Source: an uncultured Acidimicrobiales bacterium
GTDB taxonomy: Bacteria; Actinomycetota; Acidimicrobiia; Acidimicrobiales; UBA10347
Assembly (NCBI GenBank): GCA_943788915.1
Contig: CALSSD010000010.1
Span: 744,001-808,000, forward strand
DNA: 64,000 nt
Reading direction: 5' to 3'
The notes under the pieces are model-generated. The model saw only the letters and a program-made list of their open reading frames with translations, was not told where the DNA came from and searched no databases. How positions within the stretch are numbered: position 1 is the stretch's first letter; each line of letters begins with the position of its first letter. Below are positions 32,068 to 44,577 of this stretch, piece after piece. A program made the translations under genes and the position numbers.

Positions 32068-32319
32068 ATGTCAAAGACCAAAGGTGGCGGTTCCACCAGG
32101 AACGGGCGCGATTCAAACGCCCAACGCCTCGGTGTCAAGGTATACGACGGCACTGAAGTGACCGCCGGTTCAATCATCGTTCGCCAACGTGGAACCAAGT
32201 TCCACCCTGGCGTGAATGTTGGCAAGGGCAAAGACGACACGCTCTTCGCAACTGCTGATGGCAAGGTCAAGTTTGGCAGCCGTCACGGCCGCAAGACCGT
32301 CAACATTTTGACTGACTGA
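32068..32319 (+). CDS. rpmA: 50S ribosomal protein L27
   Basis: [31 protein letters not shown]. Confidence 0.98.
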   Translation: MSKTKGGGSTRNGRDSNAQRLGVKVYDGTEVTAGSIIVRQRGTKFHPGVNVGKGKDDTLFATADGKVKFGSRHGRKTVNILTD

Positions 32320-32362
32320 TTCTTCGGATCCACTCGGATCTGCTGAACACCTACATCGAAAG

Positions 32363-32400
32363 AAACCCGTTGGCTTCGACCAGCGGGTTTTGTCGTTTTT
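32363..32400 (+). terminator. Intrinsic terminator after rpmA
   Basis: AAACCCGTTGG-cttcga-CCAGCGGGTTT followed by a T-rich tail. Confidence 0.8.
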
Positions 32401-32427
32401 CCAACGGGTCTCGATGCCCAGGCGCCC

Positions 32428-33492
32428 CTAGGCGCTTCGGGGGAGTGCTTCGGGAGCCCAACCCAAGTGTTGCACCGCCAGATTGAGTGCAAACCGATCG
32501 GTCATGCCGCTGACATACCGCACTGCGTGGGCAGTGATTTCGTCGGTGTCGGTGGTGACCACAGACCAATCACCGATGTGCTCGGGGTGATGGATGAGCC
32601 ACTCGGTGAGCTGTTGCAGTAACGAGATGACAGCGGTGGCTTGCGCTTGGGCATCGGGCCGGAGGTAGATGCGGTCGTAGTTGAATGCACGAAACGCGGC
32701 CAGTGAATCAGCGGTTGTTTGGTCCAGGCCAATCGCCCCCGCCTGTGCAGATGCATCGACCATGGCAGTGATGAACGCGTGCAACTGCGATCGTCGGTCT
32801 GCGCCCACAATGTCGGTCACCGACGCGGGTAGGTCCTGTTCGCCCACGATATGGGCGGATACAGCGTCCTCGAAGTCATGACAGACGTAGGCGATGCGGT
32901 CGGCCCAGGCAACAACTTCGCCCTCGGGGGTGGCGGGTGCCGGGCGATTCCAGCTGTGGTTGCGGATGGCGTCGGTGGTCTCATGACACAGGTTGAGGTG
33001 GTTGAGAACGACGTCGGCTCCGTAGACAGCGTGATGGTAACCACCTGGTACGAATGGGCTCAAAGCATCTTCGGACGCATGACCGGCAGGTCCATGCCCG
33101 CAGTCGTGCCCTAACGCCGCGGCTTCTGTCAGGGCAACATTGAGCCCAAGTGGGCGAGCGATGCTGACTGCGACCTGTGCAACCTCGATGGCATGGGTCA
33201 GACGGTTGCGAAGGTGATCGTTGTCGGGAGCAATAAAAACTTGGCATTTGCCGGCTAGGCGTCGAAACGGTTTGCTGTGTTTGATCCGATCCAGGTCTCG
33301 TTCGAAACAAGTGCGAAATCGATCGGGTTCCTCAGCAATGGACCGGATACCAGCGCCTTCGGCCCGGGTCGCCCCGTGGGCCATACCGTCGTGTTGGGCA
33401 TCTTCTCGTGCGCCACGTTCGGGTGGGGTTGCTGGGTGAGCAGAGAAGGGAATCGCCCGATGGGCGGCAACCAGCGCATCGATACGTGCCAT
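32428..33492 (-). CDS. dGTP triphosphohydrolase-like HD protein
   Basis: RTCFERDLDRI, FRRLAGKCQVF, RLTHAIEV, GHDCGHGPAGH, GMTDRFA. Confidence 0.92.
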   Translation of the reverse strand: MARIDALVAAHRAIPFSAHPATPPERGAREDAQHDGMAHGATRAEGAGIRSIAEEPDRFRTCFERDLDRIKHSKPFRRLAGKCQVFIAPDNDHLRNRLTHAIEVAQVAVSIARPLGLNVALTEAAALGHDCGHGPAGHASEDALSPFVPGGYHHAVYGADVVLNHLNLCHETTDAIRNHSWNRPAPATPEGEVVAWADRIAYVCHDFEDAVSAHIVGEQDLPASVTDIVGADRRSQLHAFITAMVDASAQAGAIGLDQTTADSLAAFRAFNYDRIYLRPDAQAQATAVISLLQQLTEWLIHHPEHIGDWSVVTTDTDEITAHAVRYVSGMTDRFALNLAVQHLGWAPEALPRSA

Positions 33493-33597
33493 TCGCCAAT
33501 TCTAACGATGAGGTGTGACAGTGTCGGGTCACACTGTGAACTCGTAGGTGACTTCTCGGAGTTCACACAAGGATCTTGCACCGCGTACGCTGCAGCC

Positions 33598-34641
33598 ATG
33601 GCACCGGTCGCTGATCAAACTAAGCCCGATCACTCAGCTCGGGCAACGCGGCCGACGGTAAGTGTTCCGGTTATCGACATTGGCGGCCGTGGTGGGCCAC
33701 CGACCGATGAGGTCGTCCGCTCCGTTGCGGCCGCAGCCGAGAACTTCGGCTTTTTCCAGATCGTGAACCATGGCATTGCCCAGGAACGGATCCACCGTCT
33801 GTGGGAAGCCACTCAGACATTTTTCGGATTACCGGCTGAAACCAAGCGCCAGATTCTGCGCACGAAAGAGAACTCACGCGGTTACTACGACCGAGAGTTG
33901 ACCAAGAACGCTCGAGACCTCAAGGAGGTACTCGACATAGCCCATGTTCCGTTCCCCGACCTTGCCGACGACGACCCCAGAAACTTTCACCGAGTTGATG
34001 GCCGAAACCAATGGCCAGACCTTGTCGGGTTTCGCGAATGTGTCATCGACTATCTGCAGGCGTGTAATGCGTTGTCGCTCTGGCTCCTCGAGGCGTTCTG
34101 TCAAGGTCTCGGCGAACATGCGGAGCACCTTCACGACGCGTTTGGTTCCGACCACACAAGTTTTCTGCGGATGAATCACTACCCGCTCGATGACCTACTT
34201 ACCGAAGCCGAGGCGGCCGATGTTGCCGATCTGGGGGACATGGCACTGCACCACCACAGCGATTCCGGTGCGCTTACCTTGTTGTTGCAGGACCAGGTCG
34301 GTGGGCTGCAGGTCGAGAACGAAGGAGCCTGGATCGATGTGGAGCCGCTCGACGGGGCATTGGTCGTGAATACCGGCGACATGATGCAGGTGTGGTCAAA
34401 TGACAAGTACCACGCAGCGCTGCACCGTGTGGTGGCTCGGACAGACCGTGCCCGTTACTCGCTGCCCTACTTCTTCAACCCAAGTTATGCCACCGCCTAT
34501 GAGCCGCTCGCAGGGTCGATTCGGCCGGGGGACCGGGCGCACTATCGGGCAATCGATTGGGGTGACTTCCGTCAGGCCCGTGCCGATGGTGACTTTGCTG
34601 ATTACGGGACTGAAGTGCAGATCAGCGATTTCCTGATCTAG
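33598..34641 (+). CDS. 2-oxoglutarate/Fe(II) oxygenase, isopenicillin N synthase-like
   Basis: GFFQIVNHGI, HSD...H metal triad, RYS motif. Confidence 0.93.
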   Translation: MAPVADQTKPDHSARATRPTVSVPVIDIGGRGGPPTDEVVRSVAAAAENFGFFQIVNHGIAQERIHRLWEATQTFFGLPAETKRQILRTKENSRGYYDRELTKNARDLKEVLDIAHVPFPDLADDDPRNFHRVDGRNQWPDLVGFRECVIDYLQACNALSLWLLEAFCQGLGEHAEHLHDAFGSDHTSFLRMNHYPLDDLLTEAEAADVADLGDMALHHHSDSGALTLLLQDQVGGLQVENEGAWIDVEPLDGALVVNTGDMMQVWSNDKYHAALHRVVARTDRARYSLPYFFNPSYATAYEPLAGSIRPGDRAHYRAIDWGDFRQARADGDFADYGTEVQISDFLI

Positions 34642-34693
34642 GTGCTCGCCGCTGGCGGATGCGTTCGCCGCCAATTCACCGCTGCGCCACTAG

Positions 34694-37068
<2,375 letters not shown>

Positions 37069-37148
37069 ACGGTTTCACCGGTTCCCACCGGTCGCCGAAC
37101 TCATGCGCTAGCGTCGGACTTGTCAATACCACCCTCGAGGAGTAATCC

Positions 37149-37478
37149 ATGGCAGGCAAGTTCGTTCTTAAGAGCTCAAGGGGCGGCAAGTTCCGTTTCA
37201 ATCTGTGCGCAGGCAACGGCCAGGTCATCCTGACGAGCGAGGCATACAACACCAAGAAGTCAGCGCTGAATGGCATCGCTTCTGTTGGCAAAAATTGCAC
37301 CAACGAGAAGTGCATCGACCGTAAGGTTGCCAAGAATGGCAAGCCGTACTTCAACTTGAAGGCGACCAATGGCCAGGTCATTGGCAAGAGCCAAATGTAC
37401 GCCTCGCCTGCCTCTATGGAAAAGGGTGTCCGGTCGGTACAGAACAACGGCGGATCACGGGTCGACGACCAGACCTGA
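37149..37478 (+). CDS. YegP/DUF1508 family protein with two repeats
   Basis: FNLCAGNGQVILTSEAY and FNLKATNGQVIGKSQMY. Confidence 0.92.
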   Translation: MAGKFVLKSSRGGKFRFNLCAGNGQVILTSEAYNTKKSALNGIASVGKNCTNEKCIDRKVAKNGKPYFNLKATNGQVIGKSQMYASPASMEKGVRSVQNNGGSRVDDQT

Positions 37479-37502
37479 ACCTGGACAGCTCGAGAACAGT
37501 GA

Positions 37503-37538
37503 ACTGCCCCCGCACTAGGCGGGGGTAGTGCCTGTTTT
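37503..37538. terminator. Hairpin between convergent genes
   Basis: ACTGCCCCCGC-actag-GCGGGGGTAGT. Confidence 0.7.
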
Positions 37539-37555
37539 AGGCCACGTTCGGTTGG

Positions 37556-38149
37556 TTAGCCGATCTGTTGTGTCAACAGTCCAAACCCGACCAACGCCAT
37601 GCCAGCCCCACCAACCTGTGAGAGCCGAATCTGGCCTCGTTCGGTCAGTTTGGCCCCCATTGCAGCGGCAGCGAACCCCAACGTTGGGTGCCACAGGGTC
37701 GAGGCCACCAACACCCCAACGGTGAACAGGGCGAGTTGAGTTGTGTCCGCGGCAAATGGCATTGCCGCCAACATGGCGATCCAGCTACCGAGAGCGGTGG
37801 GGGTCAGGCTTGTCAGTAAGAAGAAAGTGCGAGCCGGACGATGCATGCGCCCGATCGAGTCTGAGATCGCTGTCGGGCGTAGTGCCAGAAGTGCTCCAAG
37901 AGCTATGAGCAGTGCGGCGGCGACAAGCTGGGTGGTCGAAAACACTCGTGCTGGCAGCGCAGTTCCGAGCGTCAGGAGCGCGACGGCCGCGATTCCGAGC
38001 ACTGAATCGCCGCCAACGATTCCTGCAGCGCCTCGAAGGGCTGGTCGCCGACCCATCCGCGCTCCGACCTGGACCAGTGTCAGGTTTACGGGTCCGGGCG
38101 GCAACAAGCTGAGGAGGCCAATTCCGATGCCAAGGAGCACAACGTTCAT
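37556..38149 (-). CDS. LysE-family exporter
   Basis: PPGPVN N-terminal motif, multi-TM, divergent from an Lrp regulator. Confidence 0.88.
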   Translation of the reverse strand: MNVVLLGIGIGLLSLLPPGPVNLTLVQVGARMGRRPALRGAAGIVGGDSVLGIAAVALLTLGTALPARVFSTTQLVAAALLIALGALLALRPTAISDSIGRMHRPARTFFLLTSLTPTALGSWIAMLAAMPFAADTTQLALFTVGVLVASTLWHPTLGFAAAAMGAKLTERGQIRLSQVGGAGMALVGFGLLTQQIG

Positions 38150-38232
38150 GTCTGAGATCGTGCCCGATCTGCCGCCGTATGTGTGCCTGATATTTCTGGT
38201 AAAACTGGCTAAGAACCAAATAAACTACGGTT

Positions 38233-38682
38233 ATGGACCAGGTTGACCGCAAAATTCTCACCATTCTGCAAGAAGACGGCAGGATCTCCGCTACCGAATT
38301 GGCCAAGCGGATTCAGCTCAGTGTGTCGGCTACAGGTGAACGGCTGCGCAATTTGCAGACAAGCGGCGTGATCCGCCACTTTGCGGCGGTCGTCGATCCG
38401 ACACTGGTCGGTCGTCCGATTGAGGCGCTGGTTGATATTCGCGTAGGGCCAAACAATACGACACCATGGTCGGAGCTCGACAAGGTAGTAGCGACCTTTC
38501 CAGCGGTCATTGATGCAACCCATCTCACAGGCCGTTTCGATACACAGCTTCGGGTCGCCACTCGCGACGTGGCTGAGTTGGATGAGCTCTTAGCCAGGAT
38601 TAAGGACGAACTTGGAGCCGAGGAGACCAACACTCGACTGGTGCTGCGAACGATCGAAGGGTTTCCCCGCTCGGCGTTATGA
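38233..38682 (+). CDS. Lrp/AsnC family regulator
   Basis: DRKILTILQEDGRIS, LTGRFD. Confidence 0.95.
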   Translation: MDQVDRKILTILQEDGRISATELAKRIQLSVSATGERLRNLQTSGVIRHFAAVVDPTLVGRPIEALVDIRVGPNNTTPWSELDKVVATFPAVIDATHLTGRFDTQLRVATRDVAELDELLARIKDELGAEETNTRLVLRTIEGFPRSAL

Positions 38683-38699
38683 ACCGACCCCAACGATTT

Positions 38700-39692
38700 T
38701 CAGGTCTGGTTCGCTCGCTCGATCTGCTTGTTCTTGTAGATGCTGAAGAAGATCGCGGCGATCATGATCGTCACGATGATGGCCAGCGAGATATAGATGT
38801 CGATGTGGTACCACGGCGTGATCGACAGCTTGATGCCAACGAACAGCAGGATGCCGCCGAGCGCATGCGAGAGATAGTGGAAACGTTCGCGAGCGTCGGC
38901 CAGCAAGAAGTACATGGCTCGAAGGCCCATGATGGCGAACGCGTTTGCGGCCAGGATCGTAAATGGATCATTGGCGACACCAAACGACGCTGGAACCGAG
39001 TCGACCGCAAAAACCACGTCGGTTGTTTCGACAACAACCAAGGCAGCAAACAGAGGGGTGGCAGCGCGCACGCCGTTTTGGCGGGTGAAGAACTTCTGTC
39101 CGTCGTACTGTTCCGTCACCGGCATGACTCGACGGAGTAACCCAAGCCCCGCAGTCGATGCATCGTCACCTTCGTCGTCAGTGTGGCGCATGATCTTGAT
39201 GCCGGTGAAGATCAAAAATACGCCGAAGATGATGAGCACCCAGCTGAAGCGAGTCACGATGGCGGCGCCAGCAAAGATGAATGCCGCTCGCAAAATCAGA
39301 GCGCCAAAGATGCCCCAGAAGAGCACCCGATGCTGGTACTTCAGCGGGATCTTCATCGATGAGAACAACAACGCCCAGACGAACACATTGTCGATGCTCA
39401 GTGACTTCTCGGTCAGGTAGACGCCGAGATATTCGCCAGCAGCTTGCCCACCAAATTGCCACACGAAGAACAACGCGAAGCTCACGCCACAGAGCACCCA
39501 GAACGCAGACTCTTTGCTGGCCTCGCTGAAGGTCGGAGCGTGGGCCTCTCTATGGCGGTAGAGATCGATGGCCAGGAGTGCAACGATGGCAACCCCGAGA
39601 ACCGCCCACTGCCACCCATGCACCTCGAGATCGAGGAATTCTGTATCGTCGCCTTCTTCGGCGAGCAGAAACGATGTGAGCGCGGCGACCAT
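38700..39692 (-). CDS. TerC/Alx family membrane protein
   Basis: EKSLSIDNVFV, QHRVLFWG, DVVFAVDSVPA, NAFAIMGLR. Confidence 0.95.
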   Translation of the reverse strand: MVAALTSFLLAEEGDDTEFLDLEVHGWQWAVLGVAIVALLAIDLYRHREAHAPTFSEASKESAFWVLCGVSFALFFVWQFGGQAAGEYLGVYLTEKSLSIDNVFVWALLFSSMKIPLKYQHRVLFWGIFGALILRAAFIFAGAAIVTRFSWVLIIFGVFLIFTGIKIMRHTDDEGDDASTAGLGLLRRVMPVTEQYDGQKFFTRQNGVRAATPLFAALVVVETTDVVFAVDSVPASFGVANDPFTILAANAFAIMGLRAMYFLLADARERFHYLSHALGGILLFVGIKLSITPWYHIDIYISLAIIVTIMIAAIFFSIYKNKQIERANQT

Positions 39693-39828
39693 GGAGTATT
39701 CCTATCGGTTCCGCGTCAAAGCGACTACTTGACTGCGGCGGTTGACTCGACTCTGGTTGGCCCCACGCTATGGCGAAGCTCGTGAAGGCGGTGAAGCTGA
39801 GGGCACGAGGCCCACGAGTTTCATGTGG

Positions 39829-41514
39829 TCATGACCGCACGAGGCCGACAGCTCGACGGATCAAGGCGTCGGCGGTCATGTTCCCACATCGTTTTGCCAC
39901 CACCATGTAGAGCAAACCCGGCGGCCCGATCACCAACGGCGCCGCCAACAATGGTGGGAGCCCATTCAGCGCCGCAGCGAGCCCGGCGACCGCAATGCCA
40001 GCTGCGAAAGTCGCAGGAATCAGTCGGCGCAGAGCCGCCCAGATTCCGAGGGCGGTCGTGGTGCGGCGGAGCCGGCGACCAAGCAGCGCAAATTCGAGCC
40101 AGGCTGCAATTGCGCCCCCGGCTGCCAACCCAACAGCACCCAACCGATGGCTATTGGATTGTTCGCGGATCGATTCGCCCAATGGCCCAAAGGCGAGGTC
40201 GTCGCTCTGACGGACCAGGCCGTCGACCACCTGGTAACGATCGGCTGGAAACATGAGACAGAAGCCGACAACTGCAGCGACGACCAACCGGGCGAGTGCA
40301 ATCTTGGCGGGGCCAGCCACGTCACCTTGAGCGAAACTCGCTGTCTGGAAGACGCGTGAGAGAGCGCTGGCCAACAGTCCCACGGAGAACACTGCCAGCG
40401 TAAGCCACACCGCGACGGTGTCGTCGCTGGTGAATTGGCCGCCCTCAAAGAGCGCGCCGACCAGGCTTCGGCCACCGAAGACAAAGGCGATTGCCGAGAA
40501 TACAACGAAGAGTGACACTCGATCGATGGCGGTGCGGACTCGTTCGGTTGCCGCCGATGCATCGGCCGTTTCGCGGGACAACTCGGGAAGATCAGCAGCA
40601 GCGATGCTCACGGCAAATACCGATATCGGCATCATGTACAGGATTTGCGCCTTGGTTAACACTGCTACTGCGCCGACGGCCAGAAATGAAGCCAGTGCAA
40701 TGTCGGTGAATGTTCCGAGAGTGACAACCCCACGCCCGGCAACGCCGGGAATGAAGCGTCGTACGACTTCGCGTAGCTCACCGCCGGTGCGATCGAGCGA
40801 CGGGGTGATGGGTCCTGCGATGCGCAGGACACGTGGCAGTTGCACTGCGAACTGAGCGACTCCACCAAGAAAGACACCCCAGGCGCCAGCGCGAGCCAAC
40901 TCGATGCTGTCGTTGGTCTGGGTGGTCCAGATCAGGATCGCTGTAATGATGGCGATGTTCCACAACATCGGTGCCACATAACTCAGGAAGAAGTCGCGGT
41001 GTGCGTTCAAGATGCCAAGGCACCATGCAGCGAAGACAATGAAACCAATACCTGGTGCCATGGTCCGGACGAGTTCGGCAATGAGGTCGGCGCGGGTATC
41101 GCCGGCGCCGCGGACGATGAGCCCCACGATTGGGCGTGCCGCGAACATGAGCACCAGCACGATGGTTCCCACGAGCGCAGCGAGGAGTCCGAAGACCGCG
41201 CCAGCGAGACGGCGGGCGGCCCGCGGGTCTCGATCAACCACAGAGCTATAGACCGGAATGAACGAGGCAGAAAGAGCGCCTTCGCCCAGCAGATTCTGCA
41301 ACATCTTGGGGATCTGCAACGAAATGGCAAAGGCGTCAGCCGCGATGTTGCTTGCGCCGAGCCACCGCGAGAGTACGGCTTCGCGGATGATGCCGGACAC
41401 GCGGCTCAGCAGAATGCCAGCCGCGACGAGGATGGCTGCGCGATCGGTCGGAACCGGGGGAGGAGCGGGCGACGGCACCTGATCGGCGCCACCGATGAGA
41501 GCGGAATCTGTCAT
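39829..41514 (-). CDS. murJ: Lipid II flippase MurJ
   Basis: SRVSGIIRE, GEGALSASFIPVY, many TM segments. Confidence 0.9.
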   Translation of the reverse strand: MTDSALIGGADQVPSPAPPPVPTDRAAILVAAGILLSRVSGIIREAVLSRWLGASNIAADAFAISLQIPKMLQNLLGEGALSASFIPVYSSVVDRDPRAARRLAGAVFGLLAALVGTIVLVLMFAARPIVGLIVRGAGDTRADLIAELVRTMAPGIGFIVFAAWCLGILNAHRDFFLSYVAPMLWNIAIITAILIWTTQTNDSIELARAGAWGVFLGGVAQFAVQLPRVLRIAGPITPSLDRTGGELREVVRRFIPGVAGRGVVTLGTFTDIALASFLAVGAVAVLTKAQILYMMPISVFAVSIAAADLPELSRETADASAATERVRTAIDRVSLFVVFSAIAFVFGGRSLVGALFEGGQFTSDDTVAVWLTLAVFSVGLLASALSRVFQTASFAQGDVAGPAKIALARLVVAAVVGFCLMFPADRYQVVDGLVRQSDDLAFGPLGESIREQSNSHRLGAVGLAAGGAIAAWLEFALLGRRLRRTTTALGIWAALRRLIPATFAAGIAVAGLAAALNGLPPLLAAPLVIGPPGLLYMVVAKRCGNMTADALIRRAVGLVRS

Positions 41515-41668
41515 AGGTCTGGCCCGTCGCACAAGGGAGGGCGGGCTTCTGAGCGTAATTCCTGCTGCGCTGTTGTGGCGTCACCCCCTATGCCATGGGT
41601 TCGGCGGCTCTCGTAGTTCGATGCCTGTCGATGCGAAATGGTCCGGCGGTTCGTTCTCGGTGGAAGTG

Positions 41669-42343
41669 TCACAGGTGGCGGTAGCTGATGAGCTGCCATG
41701 CCGTGTTGTTGAGCTTCAGTGGTTTGCCGACAGCGGTCGGTGAGGATGAAAGTTCGACGGTCAGCGTGTCGGTTGCCACCGCATGGGTCGCGCAGCTGAA
41801 TTGGTGGAGTCCACCAGCGATGGGGCTCCTGACTGCGAGGAACACCTGCTGACCTGCAACATAAAGGTTCGTTGTTGTCGGGGCATCGGGCGCTATGAAA
41901 TGGGCGACCGGGCCGACTGAATCCGGAAGCCGCTCCCACTCTTCGACATAGGCACCGCTCGGTGCCAACTCGCGCATGACCGAAGGTGTGTCCCATACCA
42001 GCCAGCCCTTCTCAGGGAAGTTCGACACAGCTTGCTGTGCAAATCCCGTTTGGCCGTCGAGCCAATCCGCAATCATATGGGGTTCAGCTTGTTGGTCGAC
42101 GATGGTGATGCCGCACGATGAGTCGCTCTCGGCTTGCGTCTGCTGGGGATCGATGCGCAGGTCACCCATGCCCGACGCAGTCTGCAGCCACCGAACCTGC
42201 ACGCTGGAATCTTTGGCGCCGTCATCACCGAATCGAATCCAGTTACGGCGCCAGCAGCCAAACAATCTGTCGGGTACGGTCTGTTCGCCGGCTGGTTCAG
42301 CGTCGGCAAGGAGTTCGCTAAGGGACCTGTAGGTGAGAGGCAC
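41669..42343 (-). CDS. Hypothetical protein
   Basis: Trp-rich globular ORF (GCWRRNWIRF, VRWLQT, GDLRI, YVEEWERL) filling the gap between two minus-strand genes. Confidence 0.7.
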   Translation of the reverse strand: MPLTYRSLSELLADAEPAGEQTVPDRLFGCWRRNWIRFGDDGAKDSSVQVRWLQTASGMGDLRIDPQQTQAESDSSCGITIVDQQAEPHMIADWLDGQTGFAQQAVSNFPEKGWLVWDTPSVMRELAPSGAYVEEWERLPDSVGPVAHFIAPDAPTTTNLYVAGQQVFLAVRSPIAGGLHQFSCATHAVATDTLTVELSSSPTAVGKPLKLNNTAWQLISYRHL

Positions 42344-42347
42344 GGCG

Positions 42348-43422
42348 CTAACCCAGAGCGAACTCAATTCGCCGATTGAGTGCCCTGCCTTCTTCGCTCT
42401 CGTTGTCGGCTACAGGTCGGTCAGCCCCAAACCCTTGGGCGTCGAGCCGAGACTCGTCTACGCCGTTGGCGACCAAATAGTTCAGCACGGATCGGGCACG
42501 ACCTTGGCTCAGGTTCCGGTTGAGGATCACGCCGCCTGAACTATCGGTATGGCCCTCGATGGTCACGTCGACGTTGTTGGAGCTCAGGATCTCGATGAAA
42601 CCGTCGAGCGTGGGGAATGAGTCGGGTTGGATGTCGGCGCTGCCGGTAGCGAACAGGATTGGGTTACTGGCAACAAGTGCATTGAGCGCCCCGATTGGTG
42701 GCACCAACACATTGTCGAGCGTGTGCACGAACCCATTGCCGGTCTCCTGGCTGATGGGCAACACGGTGGTGGAGCCATTGATGGTCACATTGCCAGACTC
42801 GAAGCTCAAGCTGATGGTCTCGCCTTGCACCGTCATGAGTTTGGTTGACCCTTCGCCTCGGGCAATTTCAGACAGATCTTCGACCGTGTAACCACCGGGC
42901 ACAACGTGATAGGTCAGCACGTTTTCTTGGTCGGCTGCGAGCACCGCCACGGTGGCGTCGGAGCTTGCGGCCTGGTTGATGGCCGCGTTGGAAGGGGCAA
43001 ACACCGTGAACGGCCCGCCAGCTGCGAGGACCTGATCAAGGTTGGAGTCGCGGAGTAAGCCACTGATCACGCTGAGGTCAGGGCGGGCGGCGATGGCATC
43101 GAAGACTGTGGCCGCCGTCGGTTTGTCGATGGTTGTGTCGTCGCTGGCTGACGAGTTTCACGGGTGCATCACTGTCAGGGTCTGCATGGTCAGCGTCGGC
43201 ACCGTGGTCTTGGTCGGGCTCATGATGATCACCGTGCGACGCATCAGCGTCATCGTTGTCGTTGTCGTTGTCGCCATTGTCCACAGCGGTTCCGGTGGTC
43301 GGCTTTGTAGCAGTGGCTCCAAAGCCGGTACTACCTGCGGTGAACCACCAGCTGATCACCACCAGAATCGCAGCGAGCACACCAAGCACAAGAATGAAGA
43401 ACTCTTTGTCTTCTGCTTCCAT
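42348..43422 (-). CDS. Membrane-anchored fasciclin plus OmpA-C domain protein; apparent extra base near 43157
   Basis: N-terminal TM, Asp/His linker, GPFTVFAPSNAA and LTYHVV (FAS1), IEGHTD and NRRIEF (OmpA-C). Confidence 0.82.
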
Positions 43423-43654
43423 GACGATCGGACCTTCGTAGTACTGCCTGTGGATGGCCGGCGGGTGCCGAGGGGAGAACCTAGCCGATGCCTCTTCGGT
43501 GGCACTGCAATGTGGCCCAGACGTGGTGTCGGTGACAGCACAGTCAGGCAGGTATCGCGATGTCGGTTCGGATTCACAACCAGCCACCCGATAACATCAG
43601 TAACTGCATGTGCGGCGTCCGCTTTCGGGACGCCGCTGTTTCGTGAGGAGCTCC

Positions 43655-44533
43655 ATGAGCGAACGGTTTACAGACGTCGAGTCAGTACGCGAAGGTCTGA
43701 AGAATGTTGACTACCTGGCCGATGATGGCCTGGCCAGCATCGTCTATCTGGCGGATCGGCTTGAAAAGCCGATCCTTGTCGAGGGTCCTGCGGGTACGGG
43801 TAAGACCCAGCTCGCCAAGAGCGTGGCTGAGATGATCGGTGCGCGGCTTATTCGTCTGCAGTGTTACGAAGGGCTCGACGAGTCCAAAGCGCTCTACGAA
43901 TGGAACTACAAGAAGCAACTGCTTCGTATCCAGTCAGAGCAGAACGCTGATTGGGACACGATCGAAGATGACATCTTCTCCGACGAGTTCCTGCTGACCC
44001 GGCCACTCCTCGAGGCAATCACCGCGGAGGATCCCGTCGTGCTGCTCATCGACGAAGTCGACCGTGTCGAAGTCGAGACCGAGGCGCTGCTGCTCGAGAT
44101 CTTGAGCGACTACCAGGTATCGATTCCTGAACTTGGCACTATCGAGTCCAAGCAGATCCCGCTGGTGTTCTTGACATCGAACAACACCCGTGAACTCAGC
44201 GAGGCACTCAAACGTCGCGCGCTGTACATGTACTTGGACTACCCAGAACTCGAGCGTGAGCGCGAGATCGTGCTCACCAAGGTCCCAGACATCAGCCAGA
44301 ACCTGGCCGACCAGGTAGCTCGTATTGTGCGTAGCGTCCGTCAACTTGACCTGCGCAAGGCACCGTCTGTTTCCGAGACAATCGACTGGGCCCGCACCCT
44401 GGTGCTGCTCGGCGTAGAACACGTCGATGCCGAGACCGCGACCGAAACAGCAAATATCTTGCTCAAGTACCGCAGCGACATCGAGAAGGCGACCAAAGAG
44501 TTCGCCACCAGCGAAGACACCTTCGACGTATAA
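43655..44533 (+). CDS. MoxR-family AAA+ ATPase, CoxD-like
   Basis: EGPAGTGKT, RLQCYEGLD, LLIDEVDR, ALKRR. Confidence 0.93.
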   Translation: MSERFTDVESVREGLKNVDYLADDGLASIVYLADRLEKPILVEGPAGTGKTQLAKSVAEMIGARLIRLQCYEGLDESKALYEWNYKKQLLRIQSEQNADWDTIEDDIFSDEFLLTRPLLEAITAEDPVVLLIDEVDRVEVETEALLLEILSDYQVSIPELGTIESKQIPLVFLTSNNTRELSEALKRRALYMYLDYPELEREREIVLTKVPDISQNLADQVARIVRSVRQLDLRKAPSVSETIDWARTLVLLGVEHVDAETATETANILLKYRSDIEKATKEFATSEDTFDV

Positions 44534-44577
44534 CTCCTGCTGCTTAAGCCCTGACTCATGATCACTGAGGATTCTCG

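Noticed and set aside
39693..39828. yybP-ykoY riboswitch upstream of the TerC/Alx gene
   Set aside because: Expected from the family, but I could not find the conserved motifs by eye; needs cmsearch.
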